Position numbers and translations under genes: made by a program
Shown here: piece after piece, positions 23,920 to 33,318 of the stretch
How the letters are laid out: each line of letters opens with the position of its first letter
How positions within the stretch are numbered: position 1 is the first letter of the stretch
Notes under the pieces: model-generated
What the model saw: only the letters and a program-made list of their open reading frames with translations
What the model was told of the DNA's origin: nothing
Database searches by the model: none
NCBI GenBank assembly: GCA_039794085.1
Contig: JBDIWC010000018.1
Location: 1-64,000 of the forward strand
Source of the DNA: Gemmatimonadales bacterium
GTDB taxonomy: Bacteria > Gemmatimonadota > Gemmatimonadetes > Gemmatimonadales > GWC2-71-9
Direction of reading: 5' to 3'
DNA length: 64,000 nt

Positions 23920-25278
23920 ATGCTCCCCACGATCTTGATTGCTGATGACCAGCCCGACGTCCTCGAGGCCCTCCGGCTCCTCCTCAAGTCGGAGGGGTAC
24001 CGGACCGTCACGGCGCATGTGCCCGAGGGGGTCTTGGCCCTCCTCGAACGGGAGCAGGTGGACGCGGCCCTGATCGATCTCAACTACACCCGGGACACCA
24101 CCTCGGGCCGGGAGGGTCTCGACCTTCTGTCCCGGATTCGGGCCGCCGATGCGACCCTTCCGGTCATCGTCATGACGGCGTGGGGCAGCGTGGACAAGGC
24201 GGTGCAGGCCATGCAACTCGGCGCCCGCGACTTCGTCGAGAAACCGTGGGACAACGCGCGTCTCCTCGCCACCGTGCGCACCCAGGTCGAGCTCTCCCGG
24301 GCCCTTCGGCTCGGCCAGCGGCTGGCCTCCGAGAACCAGATGCTGCGACAGGAGGGGCTTCCCGATCTGGTCGCTGAGTCGGGTGCCATGCGCCCGGTCG
24401 TGGAGATCATGAGGCAGGTGGCGCCGAGTGACGCGAACGTGCTCATCACCGGGGAGCATGGGACCGGGAAGGAAGTGGTGGCCCGCTGGCTCCACGCCAC
24501 GAGCGGACGCGCCGAGAAGCCCCTGGTGATCGTGAACGCCGGAGGACTCTCCGAGGGGGTGTTCGAGAGCGAACTGTTCGGGCATGTGAAGGGCGCCTTC
24601 ACCGATGCCAAGACCGACCGGATCGGTCGCTTCGAAATGGCCGACGGGGGAACCCTCTTCCTCGACGAGATCGCGAATATCGGCCTGGCGCAGCAGGCCC
24701 GGCTCCTCCGGGTGCTCCAGGAGGGGGAGCTGGAGCGGGTCGGGTCGTCCCGGACCCGTCATGTGGACGTGCGGGTGATCGCGGCGACCAACGCCGATCT
24801 CCCTGCCGAGGTGGCATCGGGCCGGTTCCGGGAAGATCTCCTCTTCCGGCTGAACACGATCGAGATTGCCCTCCCTCCGCTCCGGGATCGTGGAGCCGAC
24901 CTCCTGCCCCTGGCCGAGTGGTTCCTGGCGCGGTTCCGCCGGAAGTACGGCAAGGGCCTGACCGGGTTTGCCGAGGATGCGGTGGCATCGCTCCGCCGCC
25001 ACCCCTGGCCCGGCAACGTGCGCGAACTCGAGCATGCCGTGGAACGAGGAGTGCTGATGGCGCGGGGGACGACGATGACCGCATCCGACCTGGCCCTTCC
25101 CGGTGCTCCGCAGGAGGAAGTGTCGTCTCCCTCCGGCGGACGGACCCTGGAAGAAACCGAGCGCGAGGTGATCCGCGCGGCCCTCACCCGGCATGACGGG
25201 AACGTGAGCGCCGCCGCCGCCGAGCTCGGCCTGAGCCGGAGTGCGCTCTACCGACGATTGCAACGCCTCGGCCTGTGA
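23920..25278 (+). CDS. Sigma-54-dependent response regulator (NtrC family)
   Basis: Receiver domain, GEHGTGKE, ESELFGHVKGAFTDA, WPGNVREL, Fis-type HTH. Confidence 0.95.
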   Translation: MLPTILIADDQPDVLEALRLLLKSEGYRTVTAHVPEGVLALLEREQVDAALIDLNYTRDTTSGREGLDLLSRIRAADATLPVIVMTAWGSVDKAVQAMQLGARDFVEKPWDNARLLATVRTQVELSRALRLGQRLASENQMLRQEGLPDLVAESGAMRPVVEIMRQVAPSDANVLITGEHGTGKEVVARWLHATSGRAEKPLVIVNAGGLSEGVFESELFGHVKGAFTDAKTDRIGRFEMADGGTLFLDEIANIGLAQQARLLRVLQEGELERVGSSRTRHVDVRVIAATNADLPAEVASGRFREDLLFRLNTIEIALPPLRDRGADLLPLAEWFLARFRRKYGKGLTGFAEDAVASLRRHPWPGNVRELEHAVERGVLMARGTTMTASDLALPGAPQEEVSSPSGGRTLEETEREVIRAALTRHDGNVSAAAAELGLSRSALYRRLQRLGL

Positions 25279-25285
25279 TCTCCCC

Positions 25286-26626
25286 GTGACGGCCCGATTC
25301 GATCGGCGGCTGCTCGGGCTCGTCCTGCTGGCGGGGGCACCGGCTCTCGTGGCCGTGGCCGTTCTGCTGTGGGTTGCGTCGTACAGCGTCCTCCTCACGT
25401 TCACCGTCCTCCTCTTTCTGGTGCTGGGGTGGCTCTGGGTCGCCTTCGCCGCGCGTCGTCTCGTGGTGCGGCCCCTCCGAACCATCGGCAACCTGCTCGC
25501 GGGGCTGCGAGAGGGGCACTTCACCCTCCGGGCCCGCGGGACAACCGACGGGGATCCCCTCTCCGATGTGTTCCGCGAGGTCAATGCCCTCGGTGGCATG
25601 CTGCAGGAGCAGCGACTCGGCGCGGTCGAGGCCGACGCCCTCTTGCGGCGGGTGATGGAGGAGATCGACGTCGCGGTGTTTGCCTTTGCCGGCGATCACA
25701 CCCTGCAGCTCGCCAATCGGGCCGGTCAACAACTCCTCGGGCAACCTGTGGAACGCCTGCTCGGGCGAACGGCGGAATACCTGGGCCTCGATGGGTGCCT
25801 GACGGGAAACACTCCCCGCATGATGGAGCAGTCGTTCCTGGGAGGGATCGGTCGCTGGGAAGTCCGGCGGCGGAGCTTCCGTCAGGGGGGGCTCCCGATG
25901 GAGATGGTCGTGCTGGCCGATGTGAGCCGCGTGGTGCGAGAGGAGGAACGCCAGGCATGGCGCCGGTTGATCCGGGTGCTGAGCCACGAGATCAACAACT
26001 CGCTGGCCCCGATCAAGTCGCTGGCTGGCACCCTGGCCGCGTTGCTGGAGCGCTCCCCTCGTCCCGACGATTGCGAAGAGGATCTGGCCCGCGGGCTCGA
26101 GGTCATCGCGGCGCGCGCCGAGTCGCTCGATCGGTTCATGGCGGCGTATGCCCGGCTCGCCAAGCTGCCGGCCCCGGTGGTGGGACAGGTGGAGGTGGAG
26201 ACGTGGGTGCGGCGGGTCGCGGCCCTGGAGGCCCGGATTCCGGTGAGGGTCGAACCGGGACCGCCGATGACGATTCGGGCCGATGGGGATCAGCTCGACC
26301 AGGTGCTCATCAACCTGGTCAAGAACGCCGCCGACGCCGCCCTCGAAACCGGCGGTGACGTGACGATCGGATGGAGCGGGGGTGGGGACGCACCGGAGGT
26401 GGAGGTATGGGTCCGGGACTCGGGGCCCGGCATCGCGTCTCCCACCAACATCTTCGTCCCGTTCTTTACCACGAAGCGGAACGGATCGGGCATCGGGTTG
26501 ACCCTGAGCCGCCAGGTGGCCGAGGCACATGGGGGAACGCTGATGCTGCAGAACCGTCCCGCCGAGGAGGGGAGGGGATGCATCGCGAGCCTCCGACTGC
26601 CCTCCGGAGCCACCTCGGACGGGTAG
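25286..26626 (+). CDS. Sensor histidine kinase (NtrY-like)
   Basis: Two TM, LSHEINNSLAPI, NLVKNA, DSGPG, FFTTKRNGSGIGL. Confidence 0.92.
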   Translation: MTARFDRRLLGLVLLAGAPALVAVAVLLWVASYSVLLTFTVLLFLVLGWLWVAFAARRLVVRPLRTIGNLLAGLREGHFTLRARGTTDGDPLSDVFREVNALGGMLQEQRLGAVEADALLRRVMEEIDVAVFAFAGDHTLQLANRAGQQLLGQPVERLLGRTAEYLGLDGCLTGNTPRMMEQSFLGGIGRWEVRRRSFRQGGLPMEMVVLADVSRVVREEERQAWRRLIRVLSHEINNSLAPIKSLAGTLAALLERSPRPDDCEEDLARGLEVIAARAESLDRFMAAYARLAKLPAPVVGQVEVETWVRRVAALEARIPVRVEPGPPMTIRADGDQLDQVLINLVKNAADAALETGGDVTIGWSGGGDAPEVEVWVRDSGPGIASPTNIFVPFFTTKRNGSGIGLTLSRQVAEAHGGTLMLQNRPAEEGRGCIASLRLPSGATSDG

Positions 26627-26657
26627 GGCGGGAGGTGGTGAGGTGGTTTGGGGCTCG

Positions 26658-26730
26658 AGGGCGCCCCACGGGGCGCCCCTACTACCGCCTACGTTCCACC
26701 TACCGCCCACCGCCTACCGCCTACCGCCTA
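26658..26730. repeat. GTAG-type REP hairpin plus (CCGCCTA)n array
   Basis: agggcgccccacggggcgcccctac followed by CCGCCTA units. Confidence 0.85.
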
Positions 26731-26739
26731 GATTTGTTC

Positions 26740-28158
26740 ATGCTCCCCTCCCTCTGGGCCTACCTTCTCGGTGTTGGGTCGCTCGCCCTGAGCCTCGGCG
26801 TCAGCGTCCACGTGCTCCTGCACAAGCGGGAGCCGAGCGTGGCTCTCGGATGGATGGGGCTGGTGTGGCTGGTGCCGTTTCTCGGGGCGTTCCTCTACGT
26901 GGGGTTTGGCGTCAACCGGATCAAACGCCTGGCCAGGATACTTCGGGAGACGGGAGAACGTCCGATCCCCTCGGTACCGGGCGGCGCTCAGGACGTACCC
27001 GGCGTTCCCCCGGAGCACCACTGGCAAGGCCTCAAGGAGGTGCTCGATCGCGTCACCGGAGTTCCCCTGATTCCGGGCAACGCGGTTGCCCCCCTGCGGG
27101 ATGGAAACGTCGCCTATCCCGTCATGCTGGACGCAATCGAGGGAGCCACCCGCACGGTGGGGCTCTGTACTTTCATTCTCGGCAATGATCTCTGGGGCCG
27201 CCAGTTTGTGGATGCCCTGCAGAGAGCGGTGGGCCGAGGGGTCGAGGTGCGGCTGCTGATCGACGGGGCGGGGCAGTACTACACCTGGCCTCCGATTCTG
27301 AAGGTTCTGCAGGATAGTGGTCTTCCCTTCGCCCGGTTCCTCCACTCCTTCGTTCCCTGGCGGATGCCGTACATCAATCTGCGGAACCACCGGAAGATCC
27401 TGGTGGTGGATGGTCACATCGGCTTCACCGGGGGGATGAACCTGCGGGCCTCCCACGCGGGGCACCCGCCGGAGGCGGCCGACCTTCACTTCCGCATCGA
27501 GGGGCCGGTAGTGCGCCAGATGACCCGCACCTTCGCCGACGACTGGCAGTACACCACCCAGGAGCGGCTCGGCGGGGAGGGGTGGTTTCCCGACATCGCG
27601 CCGAGTGGAGCGGCTCCGGCCCGCGGCATCGTGGACGGGCCCGATGAGGATCACGAGAAGTGTCGCTGGGCCTTCTTGGCGGGACTGGGCCAGGCGCGGC
27701 GCCGGGTGCTGGTGGCGACTCCGTATTTCCTGCCCGATCAGGGACTCGTGACGGCGCTCAGCCACGCGGCGCTGCGTGGCGTGGAGGTGGACATCCTGCT
27801 CCCGGCGACCAACAACTGGCCCTTCGTGCAGTGGGCCGCGAACCCTGTGGTGCTGCAGGTGGTACAGGAGGGGTGCCGGGTCTGGATGACGCCGGGGCCC
27901 TTCGACCACAGCAAGTACCTGGTGGTGGATGATCTCTGGTGCCTGGTCGGGAGTGCCAACTGGGATCCGCGGAGCTTGCAACTCAACTTCGAGTTCAACC
28001 TCGAGGCATGGGATCCGGCGCTTGCGGCGTCGCTGAGCGCGGTGGCGGCCGAACGCATGGCCGGGGCGCGAACCCTCACGGCGCATGCCCTGGAGCGCCG
28101 TCCCCTGCCGCTCAAGCTGCGGGACGGCGCCGCTCGGCTCCTCGCGCCCTACATGTGA
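26740..28158 (+). CDS. cls: Cardiolipin synthase (phospholipase D family)
   Basis: Two N-terminal TM; HKD motifs NHRKILVVDG and HSKYLVVDD; TPYFLPD. Confidence 0.92.
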   Translation: MLPSLWAYLLGVGSLALSLGVSVHVLLHKREPSVALGWMGLVWLVPFLGAFLYVGFGVNRIKRLARILRETGERPIPSVPGGAQDVPGVPPEHHWQGLKEVLDRVTGVPLIPGNAVAPLRDGNVAYPVMLDAIEGATRTVGLCTFILGNDLWGRQFVDALQRAVGRGVEVRLLIDGAGQYYTWPPILKVLQDSGLPFARFLHSFVPWRMPYINLRNHRKILVVDGHIGFTGGMNLRASHAGHPPEAADLHFRIEGPVVRQMTRTFADDWQYTTQERLGGEGWFPDIAPSGAAPARGIVDGPDEDHEKCRWAFLAGLGQARRRVLVATPYFLPDQGLVTALSHAALRGVEVDILLPATNNWPFVQWAANPVVLQVVQEGCRVWMTPGPFDHSKYLVVDDLWCLVGSANWDPRSLQLNFEFNLEAWDPALAASLSAVAAERMAGARTLTAHALERRPLPLKLRDGAARLLAPYM

Positions 28159-28172
28159 TGACCCTTCCCACC

Positions 28173-28212
28173 CGTACCCCCGTACACATACTTGTACACG
28201 TACTCGTACTCG
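28173..28212. repeat. Hexamer array (CGTACW)n; sister array at 49686-49717
   Basis: cgtacacatacttgtacacgtactcgtactcg. Confidence 0.75.
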
Positions 28213-28328
28213 ACCAGGAAGCGAGGGTCACGCGAAGACGCGAAGGCGCGAAAGGAACGAGCGGCTCTGAGCGTCACCCCGGCGGTGTGAAGGAGAAAGG
28301 TGGACAGGAAGCGTGAGGTCGGGAGGAA

Positions 28329-28540
28329 CTCACACGAAGACACGAAGACACGAAAGGAAGTGTGAAGGAGGAAGTGTGAAGTTTGAAGGAAGAGGCGTCA
28401 GATGGTGATGTTCACTCTCATTGGATTGGTGTGCCCCCTCCCCCGGGAAAGGATGGGTGGGGTGGCTTGGCAGTCTTCGCGGCTTCGTGTGAATCCTTCC
28501 ACACGATGCCCGCCCGCGCTTCGTACCCACCACGGACTCG
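28329..28540. repeat. Direct repeat A flanking the M28 peptidase (copy B at 29917-30074)
   Basis: Shared CTCACACGAAGACACGAAGACACGAA and AAGGATGGGTGGGGTGGCTTGGCAGTCTTCGCG..GTGAATCCTTCCACACGATGC. Confidence 0.9.
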
Positions 28541-28706
28541 GACAAGACGGAGGAGAGGCGGCTTGACTCCATCCCGGTGCCAACGCGATAGTTGGCGGTC
28601 ACGCGGTAGAGCCGTCTCGGGACAGGGTGTCAACCAGATGGATGCGATTGACGGGGCGTGGGAGGCGCGGGAGGCGCGTCCGGCCACCGGAAACGAGAGA
28701 GGTGTC

Positions 28707-29744
28707 ATGAAGCGGCGACACATCGCACACCTGTGCGGGGCACGGGGCCGGGCTTCACTCGCCCTGGTCCTCACGGTGTCTGGAAGCACCGATGTCCGTG
28801 CCCAGATGGCCGTGCCGGACACGGCGCGTTATCGCCAGGAGATCGCCTGGCTGGCGAGCCCCGACCTCGGGGGAAGAGCTGCCGGGACGGCGGGAAGCGA
28901 CAGCGCCGCCGTCTACATCGGCCGTGAGTTCCAAGCCCTGGGCCTCCTGCCGCCTTTCGTGCTCTGCGGCGACGCCGGCTGCAGCCGGAGCCATTATCAG
29001 CCGTTCCGGTTTCCCGGAGAGGATGCCGCGCGATTGAGCGCCTTCGACTCCACCCTCACCCAGAATGTGGCGGGACTGGCGGTGGGGGTCGATCCCGTGC
29101 TGCGGCGCCAGATCATTGTGGTTGGCGCCCACTACGACCATCTGGGCCGGTCGGCCGCCTGGGCTCGCGACTGGAACAACCGGGGGGCCATCCGTCCCGG
29201 CGCCGACGACAATGCCTCCGGAACCGTGGCGATCCTCGAGCTCGCGCGACGCTTTGCGCTCAACCCTCCCTCCCGGACCATCCTCTTCGTGGCATTCGGC
29301 GCCGAGGAGGTTGGACTGGTGGGGTCGAAGGTCTTCCTGGAGGCGAGTCCAGTGGCCACCGATTCAATCCTGTCCATGCTGAACTTCGACATGGTCGGGC
29401 GGTTCCGGGACAAGCTGGAAGTCTCCGGCACCGGGACGGCGCCCTGGTGGGACGAGATCCTGACCGCCGCCGACACGGTCTTCGGGGAACGGATGGTGCG
29501 CCAGCCCAAGAGTTCGCTGAACTCGGACAACGCCTCGTTCGCGGTGCTTGGCATCCCCGTGCTCCACTTTTTCACCGGCAAACACGGCGACTATCACACG
29601 GCCTCGGATGTGGCTGACCGGATCAATGTCGCGGGGCTCGATGATGTCATTCAGCTGGGGGAGAAGGTGCTGCGAGCCCTGACGGAAGGAGACCTGGTCG
29701 GACGCCCTCCCCGGAACGGGAAGCAGGCGGTACGACCCCGGTGA
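28707..29744 (+). CDS. M28-family peptidase
   Basis: GAHYDHLG, GADDNASG, FGAEEVGLVGS, NFDMVGR, YHTASD. Confidence 0.9.
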   Translation: MKRRHIAHLCGARGRASLALVLTVSGSTDVRAQMAVPDTARYRQEIAWLASPDLGGRAAGTAGSDSAAVYIGREFQALGLLPPFVLCGDAGCSRSHYQPFRFPGEDAARLSAFDSTLTQNVAGLAVGVDPVLRRQIIVVGAHYDHLGRSAAWARDWNNRGAIRPGADDNASGTVAILELARRFALNPPSRTILFVAFGAEEVGLVGSKVFLEASPVATDSILSMLNFDMVGRFRDKLEVSGTGTAPWWDEILTAADTVFGERMVRQPKSSLNSDNASFAVLGIPVLHFFTGKHGDYHTASDVADRINVAGLDDVIQLGEKVLRALTEGDLVGRPPRNGKQAVRPR

Positions 29745-29916
29745 CAGTCAGGGAGCTGGTCCGACGTGGCCGAGAAGGGTCTCACGCGAAGCCGCGAAGC
29801 CGACCCCCATCCCCCCGTGGGCGTCATCCCGAGCGGGAGGCGAGGGATCTGAGGAGGGTGCGGGTGTACTTCCCGCCGTCCGGATCTCCCATCCGTGCCT
29901 TGCCGCACGGACGTGT

Positions 29917-30074
29917 CTCACACGAAGACACGAAGACACGAAGAACATCGGAGCGAGAATGTGGATGGGTGTGCCCCCCAGGAAGGATGGGTGGGGTGGC
30001 TTGGCAGTCTTCGCGTCTTCGCGTGAATCCTTCCACACGATGCTCGCCCACGCTTCGCACTCGCCACGGCCTCG
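29917..30074. repeat. Direct repeat B
   Basis: Same blocks as 28329-28540, without the internal heptamer tract. Confidence 0.9.
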
Positions 30075-30196
30075 AGGCATGGGATCCGTGTAATCTCGTT
30101 CACGTCCGATTATCGCTCCCCCCTCCACCCCGACGCGGCGTGAGGAGTCCCCGACTATTCCTCTGAAGAGGGGCCGTCGTCGACGCCGGGATAGGA

Positions 30197-30748
30197 CTAC
30201 GGTTGGAGCGTGACCGTGAAGGTGGGAGACAGTCCCGCATCCTCGATGGGACATGCCCCGTCGCCGGGGCAGCTCTGCACCCGGTAGGAGAGGCGCATTT
30301 CGCCGCTGAGGGCGCCGAGTGGTTCCTTCGTGGCGCCATCTCGGGCATTCGGCCCGAGGAGGAGGAGGGTGTCGGTGCGGGTACTCCCGGGCGGCACCAG
30401 GATCTGCTGGTCATGACCCACACAGGCCCAGAACGGACTGTAAGCGGAACCGAACGGATCCGAGGAGTCAACCAACCGGATGCCGTAGATCGGAACGGGA
30501 GTGTCCGGAAAACAACGCGCGAGATACACCGGCTCTCCCCCCTGATTGGCGAACGTCGCAATCACGGTGAATCCGTGCTCTTCGAATGTCCCGGACTCTC
30601 CGACGAGGACGGCGGTGTAGGCTGCCCGATCAGTGGAAAGCAGCAGATTCCCGGAGTCCGGTCCGGTCGGACTTCCGGACCCGGATGTGCATCCCGCCAG
30701 GGCCAGGATACTCGCGGCAAACAACACCTCATGCCACTGGAATGTCAT
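30197..30748 (-). CDS. Hypothetical lipoprotein
   Basis: Lipobox LAGC; GGAGG SD. Confidence 0.75.
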   Translation of the reverse strand: MTFQWHEVLFAASILALAGCTSGSGSPTGPDSGNLLLSTDRAAYTAVLVGESGTFEEHGFTVIATFANQGGEPVYLARCFPDTPVPIYGIRLVDSSDPFGSAYSPFWACVGHDQQILVPPGSTRTDTLLLLGPNARDGATKEPLGALSGEMRLSYRVQSCPGDGACPIEDAGLSPTFTVTLQP

Positions 30749-30784
30749 GGACACCTCCAAGTGTTCCCATTCCCTGGGGACCGC

Positions 30785-31207
30785 TCACTCCTCCTCCAGG
30801 GTGACGACCTCGCTGACGCGCAACTTCAGGGCGTCAGCCACCGCCTGCAGGCGCTCGATCGATACACCGGCGTAGCGTGTAGCCTCGTAGCGCTGGATCT
30901 GCTGCTCCGCCACTGCCATTCTCTCGGCCAGGGCCCTCTGTGTCAATTTACGGATGATCCGCGCCTTCACAAGCGCGTCACCGATCCCCGTGATCGAGTC
31001 CACCGTGAAGGACTCGATCGGGCCACTGCGCAAAGCCTCGTACTGAGCCAGCTGCTCTTCGAGTTCCGCGAGCTGACTCTGGGCTCCATCACGCATCGCC
31101 TGGAGCGCTTTCGGGTGCAAGCCCTCGGCGGGCGCCGCGGACAATGCCTCACGGAACTTCGCCGCCTGGGCCTGCGTGATCTGATACTGCCTCTCGTTGG
31201 TGATCAT
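30785..31207 (-). CDS. XRE/HigA-like helix-turn-helix protein (putative antitoxin)
   Basis: MITNERQY N-terminus; KARIIRKLTQRALAERMAVAEQQIQRYEA HTH; start overlaps the upstream stop (ATGA). Confidence 0.85.
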   Translation of the reverse strand: MITNERQYQITQAQAAKFREALSAAPAEGLHPKALQAMRDGAQSQLAELEEQLAQYEALRSGPIESFTVDSITGIGDALVKARIIRKLTQRALAERMAVAEQQIQRYEATRYAGVSIERLQAVADALKLRVSEVVTLEEE

Positions 31208-31659
31208 GTCATGTCCTTGAGGTCGAGCTGCACGATTCCCTTCGGTCTTCCATCCCGGTCGTGTTGAAAGAAGTCGAGGAACCGAGTCCCCAGCCCGTCG
31301 GCGACAGTCGTCGCGAGGAAGAACTCGCCATGGAACCTGGCTTTCTGGGCTTCGCGGTGGCCCTGGAAGTTGAGCAGCACCGGGTCCAACGCTTCGAAAT
31401 CCACGCCATCAGGATCCCAGCACCCATCGAAATCGCCGGGGATCTCCTTGGATGTGACGAAGCTGCCGTCGATGAACACGCGCCGACACCCCGCCGCCCG
31501 GAGTGCTTGCAGTGCCCGCTGCAAGCCCGCAAGGATTTCGCGTCGCCGCTCGTTGGTTCCAAACCGCTCCACCACCTCCGGCCACGTGCTCCGGTGGATT
31601 CCCGGCGGAAGCTGGTGGTGACCATTCTCACCAGGGGTACTCTCCAGAGACGGAATCAC
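31204..31659 (-). CDS. Nucleotidyltransferase-like protein (DUF6932-like), putative toxin partner
   Basis: LPPGIH, FIDGSFVTSKEIPGDFD (GS..DxD type), PKGIV. Confidence 0.8.
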   Translation of the reverse strand: MIPSLESTPGENGHHQLPPGIHRSTWPEVVERFGTNERRREILAGLQRALQALRAAGCRRVFIDGSFVTSKEIPGDFDGCWDPDGVDFEALDPVLLNFQGHREAQKARFHGEFFLATTVADGLGTRFLDFFQHDRDGRPKGIVQLDLKDMT

Positions 31660-31683
31660 GACACAACATTATCGTTGTGTCGT
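31658..31683 (-). promoter_or_regulatory. Perfect 10-bp inverted repeat enclosing a GATAAT -10 box (probable autoregulatory operator)
   Basis: ACGACACAAC-ATTATC-GTTGTGTCGT, overlapping the GTG start. Confidence 0.75.
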
Positions 31684-31823
31684 TCCGAAAGCAATACCCA
31701 AGCTGCCCGCGACATCGCCTGGCTCAAGAGGTTCAGTGTGCAACATCGACGAGGCCCGCCCTTGCCCGGCAGAACGACCCCCAATTCGATCCCCACCGCT
31801 CGAACCCTCATCCGCAGGACGGC

Positions 31824-31841
31824 TTGTGAAATATCTCACAA
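31824..31841. promoter_or_regulatory. Second Rex/CRP-type box TTGTGAAATATCTCACAA
   Basis: One mismatch from the 13754 palindrome. Confidence 0.55.
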
Positions 31842-32077
31842 ATGTCCGCGGGAACCTTGCGCGATTCGAGATCCCCAGGTGATTATGGAAGCGTGCCCCT
31901 GAGTGGGGGTCACCGCGGCGATTTGAGGCGATTGCATCCGCGATACCAACCTGCTAAAACCGCTCCTGAGTCTCCGACGATCACCGTCGGCGCTCTTTCG
32001 GTTGTGCCGGTCGGGTGGTCGTGGTTCCAGCGTTCTCCGCGTCGCGTTCCGTTCCCATCCGACCGGAGGACCGTCCC

Positions 32078-32479
32078 ATGGACCGCGCCACCTTCATTCG
32101 TCAGACCGTGTCATCCCTCCTCATCCTTTCTGCCGTGCCCACGGTGGCCCCGGCGGCGGTCGCCGAGCCGCAGGAAACCGGGCTCCGGCGCTGTGCCCGC
32201 TGTGGATGGCGCCGGGGCCAGGTGCGATCCGACAGGCCCGACCGATCCCTGGTGCGGGTCGGGTGCCCCTGCGAGCGGGCCATCGTCTGCCTGGGCTGCG
32301 GGGAGATGGACCTCGAGCACTGGCTCGGCCCCTATTACTTCGATGAATCGAGGGGGCGGGTCATGCACAAGATGTTCATGTTTCCGGCATTGCACCGCTG
32401 CCCCGGTGGGAGGCGCTCCCCGGGACAGCGGAGGGCCGCGCCGGGCGAGCCGATTCCGGGGCCGGCTGCCGGAGGCTGA
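32078..32479 (+). CDS. Hypothetical Cys-rich protein with a Tat-like signal
   Basis: GGAGGA SD; MDRATFIRQ plus hydrophobic stretch; CxxC, CPC, CxxC, HRC. Confidence 0.6.
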   Translation: MDRATFIRQTVSSLLILSAVPTVAPAAVAEPQETGLRRCARCGWRRGQVRSDRPDRSLVRVGCPCERAIVCLGCGEMDLEHWLGPYYFDESRGRVMHKMFMFPALHRCPGGRRSPGQRRAAPGEPIPGPAAGG

Positions 32480-32515
32480 CCCGTTTGAGTTCACCAGACG
32501 TTTCACCGTTGAGTT

Positions 32516-32857
32516 CTTCCGGCCTCGGCATGTATTCATGTCCCGCCGGAGCACCTCTCCCCATTCCCAGAGCCAACCACAAGAAGCACAAAAGGCACGA
32601 ACGTCTCTCGAACCCTGGTGGGCCGCTCCGCACAGAGGGTGTGCCCTTTGTGACTTCTGTGCTTTTTGTGGCCAGGCCATTTCCCCTCGCACGGCGCGGT
32701 CAATGCCCGATCGACGTGTCTCTCACCCGCGCGACACGTTGAAGAGCCCCAAATGGCCGGCCGTCACAAACGCCGTGCCTCACACGGCCGACGAGGTTCC
32801 GGGCGTCGCCCCCAATATTGTTGCCGTTTGTGTCCAATGTTGTCCGTCAGGGACTAT
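32516..32857. repeat. Composite of the 85-bp repeat (32516-32600) and the ~230-bp repeat copy 2 (32633-32857)
   Basis: Aligned by eye to 17364-17440, 49920-50007 and 11-290. Confidence 0.88.
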
Positions 32858-33252
32858 CTGGACCTATGCGCCTCCAGTTCGATTTCGATCATGAACTCCG
32901 GCAAAGCGAGCCCCTTGACCTCCAGCCAGGTGCCAGTGGGAAAGTGCCTGGTATAGATCGTATTCCGATATGACGCGACCTCAAGAAACGTCGCCATGTT
33001 CGTCGTAAAAACGTCTTCGACGATCACGTCGTCGAAGGTACAGCCGTAGTGCTTCAATACCGTGTCCAGGTCGGCGTAGGCATTCTTCATCTGCTGCTCC
33101 AGATTGCCCACGGCCGTCGGTGTGCCTTCGGCGTCCATGCTCACCGCACCGGAGATCTTGATGTGATTCCCGATCCGTACGGCATGCGTGTAGCCGTAGG
33201 CCTTTTCGACCTCCGGCCGCAACTGGAAGTACTCGGGCGCGTCAGCCATCAT
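32854..33252 (-). CDS. RidA/YjgF family protein
   Basis: GYTHAVRIG..ISGAVS, EVKGLALPEFMIEIELEA; AAGGAG SD. Confidence 0.88.
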   Translation of the reverse strand: MMADAPEYFQLRPEVEKAYGYTHAVRIGNHIKISGAVSMDAEGTPTAVGNLEQQMKNAYADLDTVLKHYGCTFDDVIVEDVFTTNMATFLEVASYRNTIYTRHFPTGTWLEVKGLALPEFMIEIELEAHRSR

Positions 33253-33318
33253 CGTGGTTCTCCTTAATGGTCACGGTGGAGTCCCTTCGGTTTCCGGGCG
33301 TCGAGCGCCCGCCCGGGT

